A model generated the notes under the pieces. It was not told where the DNA came from. It saw only the letters and a list, made by a program, of their open reading frames with translations, and did not search any database. Positions 1 through 8,219 of a stretch of 20,000 nucleotides of DNA are shown piece by piece. The number at the start of each line of letters is the position of its first letter. The first letter of the stretch is position 1. Source of the stretch: Asterionella formosa (taxonomy: Eukaryota); NCBI GenBank assembly GCA_002256025.1, contig NKIB01012935.1, forward strand, positions 47,644-67,643, in the 5' to 3' direction. The position numbers and the translations under genes are program-made.

Positions 1-1
1 T

Positions 2-781
2 GTCGTAGCTCTCAAGAAGGTCAAAATGGCGGACAACAAAGAATTGCTATTTTCGGCAAGTCGCGATGGCACCATGGCCTTGTGGGACTTGTGGACAGGG
101 GATTTAGTATTCCACTGTAGTATGTGGAAGGAGGAAGAAAATAACGGGTCTAACAGTATTACATGCGCTGATGTGGAAGGATCACATATTTATGTAGGAC
201 TGTCGTCGGGCTACATTGTTGGGTACCTGGTGGACGAAATGGTGCAGGCCGCCAGTGTTGGCGACGCCTTTCCCAAACCAAACGGAAAATTCAAGGCACA
301 TGATGCTGGTGTTACGGCTTTGTCATGTGCCGGAGAAGGGTCCCTGCGGATATCGCGTCCAGATACCAAGAGTTCCATTTTGTTGACAGGGGGTACCGAC
401 GGCATAGTGAAACAGTGGGAAATGATTTCCGACGATTCTTCGCCTACCTCGACGAAATTGCAACATTGGCCAAGAATTTCAAGTCAACGTATGAAACGGC
501 GGGCTCATCTCTTTGAAGGGCACTCTCCTGGGCCGATCACTTCTCTTGCATGTGCGGACCCATCCAAGATTTTATCTGCAGGTGCCGATGGGACTGTTAG
601 AGCCTGGAGTCCTTCCAAGGGTACAGAAATGTTTAGAATGGATGGTTTTACCGACTCTCTCACGAGTCTCTGTCTTGTGGAGGACTTGTTGATAACGGAC
701 GGGATGGAACAGTTTGTCTGTGTCCACGACTTCGATGTCAATGATAGTGAATTCGAAAGTGGCTACGAATTGGAATGGTAA
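2..781 (+). CDS. WD40-repeat (beta-propeller) protein, C-terminal part; probably 5'-truncated by the window edge
   Basis: The ORF 26..781 has several WD40 signatures: LFSASRDGTMALWD, AHDAGVTAL, LLTGGTDGIVKQWE and GHSPGPITSL...ILSAGADGTVRAWS. The frame is open from base 2 (VVALKKVKM...), so the true start is probably upstream. Stop TAA at 779-781. Confidence 0.88.
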   Translation, partial: VVALKKVKMADNKELLFSASRDGTMALWDLWTGDLVFHCSMWKEEENNGSNSITCADVEGSHIYVGLSSGYIVGYLVDEMVQAASVGDAFPKPNGKFKAHDAGVTALSCAGEGSLRISRPDTKSSILLTGGTDGIVKQWEMISDDSSPTSTKLQHWPRISSQRMKRRAHLFEGHSPGPITSLACADPSKILSAGADGTVRAWSPSKGTEMFRMDGFTDSLTSLCLVEDLLITDGMEQFVCVHDFDVNDSEFESGYELEW

Positions 782-1053
782 ACAGATATGTTGATGCCTC
801 GGTTTTCATTAGAAAATCTTCTCAACCTGCACATAATAATGGGAATATTTTGTCTAGATTTATGCCGGCTAGAACTGGCTTTATTGCTATACTGCTCTCC
901 CAGCACGGGATGTTGGACGAAGAACCAAATGGTCACTCCCCATCCTGGAGAATCTCACGAACAACGTGCATACAGGTGATAGAAATCATAAAAACACAGA
1001 TTGTTTTGGCAATTAAAAAAAGAAAGGAATTGAAACAGAGTACCGGTATGGGA

Positions 1054-2035
1054 CTACACCATTTGAATTTCATCGGCATGTCTGTAGCTATCGTCAATCT
1101 CCACTTCGGCAACACGATTTGGTCGTGCAGCATTTTTGTGATGACCGACCATGTTCGAGAAGAGATTGATTCTTTTCGACAACGCACCCTGCAATGGGTG
1201 CTGCTTAGTTACTACCGATCGCCTACGGTACGCAGCCATCGCAACAGCAGCACCGGCAACAGCGGCCGCGCCAATCAACCCTAGAAAACCCTTGTGAGCA
1301 GTTTCTGGAGCGACATTTGCAGAGCTTTCAGCGCTGCTTGCAGTTCCTCCGCTACCGCTACTTTAAGTTTTCCAATTGGCAGGCAATAAAAGTAAGCGAA
1401 ATGTATTCCGGCCAAAATTGACAAGGTGGATCGACGTACCTTCCTCCCGATCCACCGGAGTAGTCTCCACCGCTTGAGCTTCCAGATGCATCTCCACCGT
1501 TCGAGCTTCCAGATGCATCTCCGCCGCTCGAACTTCCAGATGCATCTCCACCGCTCGAGCTTCCAGATGCATCTCCACCGCTTGAGCTTTCAGATGCCCC
1601 TCCATCACTGGTGCCTCCAGATGCACCTCCACCGCTAGTATCTCCAGATGCCCCTCCGCCACTGGATCCTCCCCCACTGCCACCAGATCCACCCCCACTG
1701 CGAGTACGACAAACAGTTGGTCAGCGCTGCAAAGGAAACGAAACGTCGATCCCATATATTCCAAATTGAACAAGACTGCTTTACCTTCCGGATGGTTTCT
1801 TCTTAGGTTTCTCAGCTGGTACTTCAGTGGCTGTACGGAAGGAAGGAAACCGGATGGTGAGAATGATATGCAAGGTCCTGATTATAACTATACAGCACTC
1901 AAAATGTCGACATAAAGGCAATGACTTACCGGGATCGAGTTGCCGTGTTGTTCCAATCTCCTTCGCATTCGCCAACGACAAGGCCAACATCATAACTACC
2001 AGAGACATGAGCACTAGATGCATTGGGAGCTTCAT
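1054..2035 (-). CDS. SAP-like (silicalemma-associated protein-like) type-I membrane protein A, 238 aa. Exons 2035-1930, 1830-1785, 1697-1440, 1360-1054
   Basis: Spliced by hand using GT..AG introns 1929-1831 (99 nt), 1784-1698 (87 nt, CTGAC branch site) and 1439-1361 (79 nt). All phases are consistent and give 717 nt with no internal stop. Product: signal peptide MKLPMHLVLMSLVVMMLALSLANA, then EIGTTRQLD (RXL), EKPKKKP, Gly/Ser repeats (SSSGGDASG), TM GFLGLIGAAAVAGAAVAMAAY, RRR, and cytosolic HPLQGALSKRINLFSNM. The family call rests on architecture, not on a database search. Confidence 0.82.
1464..1665 (-). repeat. Coding 27-bp tandem repeat (~7 units, degenerate toward higher coordinates) encoding SSSGGDASG-type nonapeptides
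   Basis: Repeated ccagatgcatctccaccgctcgagctt-like units on the + strand, inside exon 3 of gene A. Confidence 0.9.
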
Positions 2036-2231
2036 CTTCTTGTTTGTTCTAGAGGGTACCGGTAATTGCTTCGAGCGTGGTGATTTGATGATTAGGTTTG
2101 AGATGATTCAACGAAATAGATGCACAATGCCTCGCCTAATGTTCAACAAACTGAAACGAAAAAAGATTGAGATGGTTGATTTGCCTTTTAATGCTTAACT
2201 GCTACCAGGAGGTGCTGCTGGCGGCTAGATT

Positions 2232-2239
2232 TGACGTCA
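2232..2239. promoter_or_regulatory. Palindromic CRE/bZIP-type element TGACGTCA ~200 bp upstream of the gene A start
   Basis: Exact TGACGTCA at 2232-2239. Function is only inferred. Confidence 0.3.
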
Positions 2240-3011
2240 TAAATATTTTGCACGGAATAGGCGCCAGCATAGCATATTTCTCCGACTGGTAGCCAGCCAG
2301 CACGTTAATTAAAATACTCTATCCTCAATTTTGATTCATGCAAATACTCAAGTATGAATGAATGTTAAAAATTTGATTGCGAATTCATTCCCCCAGAACA
2401 CATTCGTGCCCACTACACGGTGATTCACAGGCGCTGGTTCCTCCTCCCAAACCTACCGTACAAGGTAGGAGTACCAGGTTCTGCGAAGAGGATGGTTGAT
2501 AGAGTAAGACAAGGAAATCAACTTCCAGACCTGGGAAGTGAGTTTGCCGTCCAATAAATATATTTATTACAAACAGACAGCTAAAGCAAAGTGCCATTCG
2601 TAGTTATGACCGACATATTGGTCTACCGGTATTCATGTATGTATATAGTGTTTAGGAGGATGGTGGTCCAGTAGAAATTGAGCGACGGTGGTAGTGGGAC
2701 TAGTACTTGGCAACAGGAATAGTATAGCCCATAGTCCCCGGGCGGTCCTTCCTCTTCAACATCGACACGGAGACTATTTATTGTTTGCACCTGGTACTCA
2801 TGTTGACTGCTACGGTGTGTGCGCACAAAAAAGCATGGAACACGTCGGAGTGTCAATGTGTTTGAGGGGACAAGCAATAATAGCCATAATGGATACCAGG
2901 TACATGGGCGAGGGGTGCAGCCAACAGCCATGAAGCGAGCGAACCACACATCGATAGTCAGTCGTGGATGAGGTTCCCAAAACACGTCAACAGCCATGGA
3001 TGGTCCACCAC

Positions 3012-3098
3012 CAAGCACCAGGGTACCCTGGTACCTGGTACCTGGTACCAGGTACCCTGGTACCTGGTACCTGGTACCAGGTACCGGTACCGGTGCTG
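3012..3098. repeat. Self-complementary GGTACC(T/A)G array with 10 consecutive GGTACC palindromes
   Basis: gggtaccctggtacctggtacctggtaccaggtaccctggtacctggtacctggtaccaggtaccggtaccgg, with roughly inverted flanks (ccaagcacc...ggtgctggg). Confidence 0.9.
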
Positions 3099-3619
3099 GG
3101 GTATGCAGATTGGAATTTTTTGAATTGCCCCCATCATCAGGATTCGTGACTTTGCCAGCAGACATACCATACCAAAATTAAGGTTGTTGCATTCAAAACC
3201 CTAGGCAAAAAATAGAATATTGCTTAGGGTTGCCCAAATTCATTGGAATTAAGAACTTTATTGGCTATTTTTGAATGACATGATTCCATTTGAAATATTC
3301 AAATCAGTGGAAATTTGCACTTATGTGCATACCCGTAGATTCCTTTTCAAATTTGCTAAATATATAGATGACATTTCGGCTCATAGTCATTCTGATTCCG
3401 ATATTTTTGCGAATGTAGAAAAGGCCGATTTTGTCGAATTTTTGGATGACAATAGCTCAATGTTGGCTGGGTCTGAAGGCGATTTAGATACATAGGTAAC
3501 TTTAAAATAGCATCAGTATAAATGAACTTTCCAGTGTCAAGACAGGCAGTCATTCCAACATCCGAAGATAGCTAGTTTGCATCGCAAAAAAGGCGATCCC
3601 ACACTCTCTCTCTCCAAAA

Positions 3620-4295
3620 TGCATGCTTTCACTACCTCAGCCAGTACCTTTGATTCCAGGCTCTGCCATCCAGCACCCAAGTACCTCTCCACAATAGACA
3701 CTGGTGCATGGGGGAGTGCATAGCGTTTCAGCCAGCGCGGTACCCCCAAGCACCATGTCCACTTCTGACTTCGGAATGGTCTTAGGACCAATTCCTGAAG
3801 GCAGGTTTTGAGGACTGAGGCCTAGGCATAAGCTCTGGCCCGTCGGGAACCAGCCAAGGCATATTGGCAACATCCATGCCTCCTTCCAAAGGCCTACTGA
3901 TGGCACATCCCCTGCCCTCCTGGCTCCAATGCAAGCCCGAAGGCATCGGTTCAGAAGAACCTGCATTTTGTCCACGAGGTGACGGTTCATGCCATACAGC
4001 TCAGCCCCGAAAAGGAGGCGGGGGGAACTTATACTGCGACAGTCAGCAAACGCATGGCCAATTGCACCACCGGGCACCGAAGAAACGGGACCAAGGCGGC
4101 AACCACTGTAGCCCGCCCTTGCTTGACTCTATGGTCCACCATGGACAAGATAGACAAACATGGTGTCATGATGACTCCCAGGTACATATATCTGTCCACA
4201 ACAGGGAGTGGAAGTACCTCCAGTTCCAGTCCAGCCACATCTTGTCCAGGGACAAGAGGTTCAGTGGCCAGATCTGGCGGTAGGAATTCCATCAA
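3620..4295 (-). mobile_element. Degraded non-LTR (LINE-like) retrotransposon fragment covering the RT C-terminus and thumb region
   Basis: The minus-strand pieces LPVVDRYMYLGVIMT (YxYLG, the end of non-LTR RT) and PRLLFGAELYG...KMQVLLNRCLRACIG...LWKEAWMLPI (post-RT thumb/linker pattern) are split by frameshifts. GC is higher than in the flanks. Confidence 0.72.
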
Positions 4296-5690
4296 AACGA
4301 AATCAAGCAATCATTTCCTTTGTTGGTTGCAGATACACTGATGCGTTGTCCTGATCACAATTTCCGTTTCATATTTTACTTATGAATCTTATTATCAACT
4401 AGTGTCAGTTATTATGCAAAATAATCTCCCAGTTGCTTATTATTCTCGCAAACTTTCTGCTGCTCAAAAAGGTACACCACTATTCACAAAGAATTACTTT
4501 CTGTGGTAGAAAGCTTCAAAGAATTTCGCTTTATGTTATTGGATGCTGTCCTAAAAGTTCACACTGATCATCATAATCTTTTCTATAATACCTTACATAC
4601 TCAAGGTGTTCTTTGGTGGAGGCTTTATATTGAAGAATATCACCCTACTTTTCACTCTGTGAAGGGAACTGATAATGCTATTGCACATTCTATCTCTCGC
4701 CTCCCGAGGCTTGAGTCTTTGGTGGGGGATGATATTGGGCCGAAATGTTTAGCTGCAACATCACCTTCCACTTTCTCAATTTAATTAAATGATGATCCTC
4801 TGCTTACCTTTTTTTCCTTAATCATCCAGTTTTGACAGAATATTCAACGTCTCTTGGATTATAATTCAATATATGATAGACAATTTCTGGATATACAATT
4901 GATTCTCAATCAACAAATAACTTAAAATTTCCTTCTATCAATTTTCATGAGATGCATTTAAAATGTTTTGTGAAGAATCCAGGGGATACTCGGTGTATTG
5001 CTATCCCTATGCACGTCATTATTAGTTCTTGTTATTAATTGGTATCATCAGATGTTAGTTCATTTCGTGGGCATGACAAGACTAAATGCTACAATTTCTA
5101 GCCATTTTAATCGCCCCATATTAAAAGCAAGAGTGGAACATACTGTAAGCACATGTGAAGCGTGTCAACGTCCAAAACTACCTGGTGCTGGTTATGGTGA
5201 CGAACTTCCACCTAGAAATGTTTTGTTATTAGCAAGAGTGAAACATACTGTAAGCACATGTGAAGCATGTCAACGTACAAAACTACCTGGTGCTGGTTAT
5301 GGTGAATTTACACCTAGCTAGGAATGCATTTTTATTACCTTGGTCAGTAGTTGCAGTGAATTTTTAATTGGTCCATGGATGATAACAGTGCTGGCTGCAC
5401 AAACGATTGAATTTTGTACTGTAACTTGTGTTGATACAGTTACCAATTTAGCAGAAATTTCACGTATCAATGAAAAAAATCAGAATATATTGCAATGAAG
5501 ATTGAAAATGATATTTTATCCCAATTTAGAACATTGTATACATGATAATGGCGGTGAAATTACTGGTATTATTTTCCAACACAACTTAGTGTTGAATGGA
5601 ATTAAAGATATCTCTAATTCATCAAGAATCCAAAAGCTAATGCTATTTATGAACGTCTAGTACATCAATCTATGAGTAACAGTTTATGTT
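4296..5690 (+). mobile_element. Degraded Ty3/gypsy LTR-retrotransposon pol relic (RNase H, H2C2 zinc finger, integrase core)
   Basis: Translated fragments in RNaseH-then-integrase order: LVADTLMRCPDHN, VIMQNNLPVAYYSRKLSAAQK, KELLSVVESFKEFRFMLL..KVHTDHHNL, WRLYIEEYHPTFHSVKGTDNAIAHSISRL, WYHQMLVH..G..RL..TI...CEACQ, IGPW, TCVDTVTNLAE, HDNGGE, NPKANAIYER. Many stops and frameshifts. Confidence 0.9.
5126..5317 (+). repeat. Direct tandem duplication (~90 bp, period 105) within the gypsy integrase zinc-finger region
   Basis: agcaagagtg(g/a)aacatactgtaagcacatgtgaagc(g/a)tgtcaacgt(c/a)caaaactacctggtgctggttatggtga starts at both 5126 and 5231. Confidence 0.92.
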
Positions 5691-6706
5691 AAAAGGCTCA
5701 TACATACTTTGTTGTAGTCGATAGAACGGGGATAGCTATTATTTAATCAGTTCTGAAGTAGAACAGCATACATTTATGGAGATCTAAGCCATTTAATTTT
5801 ACCCATTTTGATTCATAGCTAACGTTGTCTTTCAGTACATATTTTTTAATGCATCATACACGAAGATTATTAGTAACCCCAAACCGTTTTTAACTCGATT
5901 GATACCACAAAAACCTTTTTATTTTTTTTGTTACCCAAAAACCTTTTTATCAATTTTGTTGATACTTTTATTACTGGTTTTAGCTACCTGGCTTTTAAGG
6001 TTGCGGCCCCACAGTTATGCATTGCAAGGTCTGTATTTATTTTCCTAAAAAAATTTTACGATTTACTTCAATCAACCCATTACGTACAACTAAATAAAGT
6101 AGCTAAAGGTAAAATTAGCTTTCACCAGGATGACCACTTTGCATATGCTTAGATACAGTGGTCATTGGTTGACTTAGGGGTATGTTCTATCTTCAGATAT
6201 GGCAAGGACCTCATTTCTGGAGAGAAAGTGCAGCTATGTATCGTAGACATTTTTAAAAGCTCGATAGCCCCTTTTTTGCTTTTCTCAGGATAGTTACGAA
6301 TCTACGATGCATAACTGCAGCATCGTTCTCATTTTTCGTCGAGATATTCGCTATTTTCATCATGGTCAACGTTGCCATGACATAATGAAGGATTCTCCAC
6401 CCGCTTGCAACTACACAACTACCAGTACTACTACACTACGGTGTTTTATAAACACAAAAGAATAGCAGTATTTCAGCTAAATAATTATTTTCCAGGCAGG
6501 TACATATTTGCGAATCAGGTACCTGCATGAATCCAGCGATACGTATTATATCCAGTGTCTGTATGCAATAGACATTGTTCATTTCTTCATCGAACACACT
6601 AACGAGGTATCGGTATATTTTTACGGATGCGTGTTCAGTGTCATCATTAGCTAGAGTATCATTGGGCAGGTCGTATCTAACTGTGATCGCAGCAGCGTTG
6701 AAATGA

Positions 6707-6714
6707 TGACGTCA
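6707..6714. promoter_or_regulatory. Palindromic CRE/bZIP-type element TGACGTCA ~635 bp upstream of the gene B start
   Basis: Exact TGACGTCA at 6707-6714. Function is only inferred. Confidence 0.25.
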
Positions 6715-7347
6715 CAGTAAGCGAAATTGCTACTTCAAGCAAAGCGAATCAGAAGCAAATTGCAGAATAAGCAAAACAGAACAGTCTCAATATTTAGGCT
6801 GAAACAGATTAAAGCTAAATATATACAGGAACAACAAGCCGGTCGGGATGGTTTTTTAAACGGATATCAAGAAGAGACACATGTATTAATATGGAATTGG
6901 AATCAGCATTGTCGGTACGAAGTCTTACATGGAACTAGGTATGGCAAAATTACTGCAACTTGGAGGTAGACTGTATCGTTACTCGCTTTAAATTCAGCTG
7001 GCTTGCGAATTCGGCGAAGCTCAACCGACGAAAAGCCAGTAGATTTGAGTTACTATGGGGGTATTGGAAACACATAATGTCTATCATGCCATGTGCTTGC
7101 GGTTGGATCTACTTCTTTAGCCATATCGCCTGCATTTTGAATGATGGTATAAGGAAGTAACATAAGCGTTGAACGACAGGTGCGTTGCAGGATTTGAATG
7201 ACCAATCTTCGTAGTTGAGGATTTCAATTGAATTGTCCCGACCAAAGCAACCAATCGCCGCGCTCACTCGAATCGATATCCGTTGACATACCGCATGCTA
7301 TTCCTTGCTCACAAATCTTCATCCAAGGCCAAACCATCTTTTCGAAA

Positions 7348-8219
7348 ATGACTGCCTCGATTGTTTCCAGGTATCTGGTCCTGGCGCTCCTGTTCATGGT
7401 TAATCGCCGTGGTGGGGCACAACAAGTCTATCCGATGTCGTCTGAGCTTGAAGATGAGAATCACAACATGCTTAGGAGACACGAGCCATCTATAGAAAAT
7501 GAACAGCAACGACGAGAACTCTGGGGATTTTCTAATTTGCTTTGTAAGTCGATCATGAATGTTAACTTCAGTTGGGCACCGTGCTTTCTGCATTTTGATC
7601 TATCGATGAATGCTGACTGTGTTTTGTTTCTCAGATCACTTGGGTGTTTGCCCCGGACCTCAAATTTGCGGACCACCACCATGCCACATCCATGGACCCC
7701 ATCCAGAGCATTGGCATTGCGATAACAGCACGAGCGCAAGTAGCTCAACTACCCAGGAGACTTATAATTCCGGAAGTTCTAGTACCAACAACACAAGCGT
7801 GTATAGCCAAGAAGTCACAGATAAGTCGGCTGGAAAGAGCCAATCCTCCACAAGTTCTGCAAACTATTGGATGTATATTGCTGGAGCTGCTGGTCTCACT
7901 GCTTTAGTTGCAGGCGTAGCGTACCGCAAGAGAGTAAGTAGTTGTCGATACCAGTAGTCAATGGGCACATCACATGTTTGTGTAAGTTCGTGTCTAACCA
8001 TTCACTGTCTGATTTGTCGAACAGTATGCAACACGGGAGGTGGAAGGGGATCATTTGCTTCACGGCAGCTTGGGCAAGCGATTGGGTTTTATGCGAGGGG
8101 GAAGCAAGCTGCCTGCCCTTCCAGATTCGCCACCTCCAAGCTTTATTGAAATGGCTACAGCACATGAAAATCCAGGAGCGGTTCATTCTGGTATTTCCAC
8201 TGACTTTGTAAAGCTTTAG
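7348..8219 (+). CDS. SAP-like type-I membrane protein B, 229 aa. Exons 7348-7543, 7635-7933, 8025-8219
   Basis: Introns 7544-7634 (GTAAGT..CTGAC..TTTCTCAG) and 7934-8024 (GTAAGT..CTAAC..AACAG) are both 91 nt. Phases are consistent and give 690 nt with stop TAG at 8217-8219. Product: signal MTASIVSRYLVLALLFMVNRRGGA, then QQRRELWGF (RXL), a Cys/His/Pro segment, a Ser/Thr-rich region, TM YWMYIAGAAGLTALVAGVAY, RKR, and cytosolic HLLHGSLGKRLGF. Confidence 0.85.

Noticed and set aside
775..1284. 169-aa + strand ORF
   Set aside because: Antisense shadow of gene A exon 4 plus 3' UTR sequence, with no recognisable domain.
1363..1773. 136-aa minus ORF with AVEMHLEAR repeats (and the + strand ORF 1426-1638)
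   Set aside because: These are alternative frames of the 27-bp repeat. The splice phases and branch site support the Gly/Ser frame instead.
2623..3181. Overlapping ORFs with VPGTRYQ/WYLVPGT repeats
   Set aside because: Artefacts of the stop-free palindromic GGTACC array.
7228..7725. 165-aa ORF as a stand-alone gene
   Set aside because: It reads through intron 7544-7634. The ATG at 7348 gives a signal peptide and a coherent spliced product.
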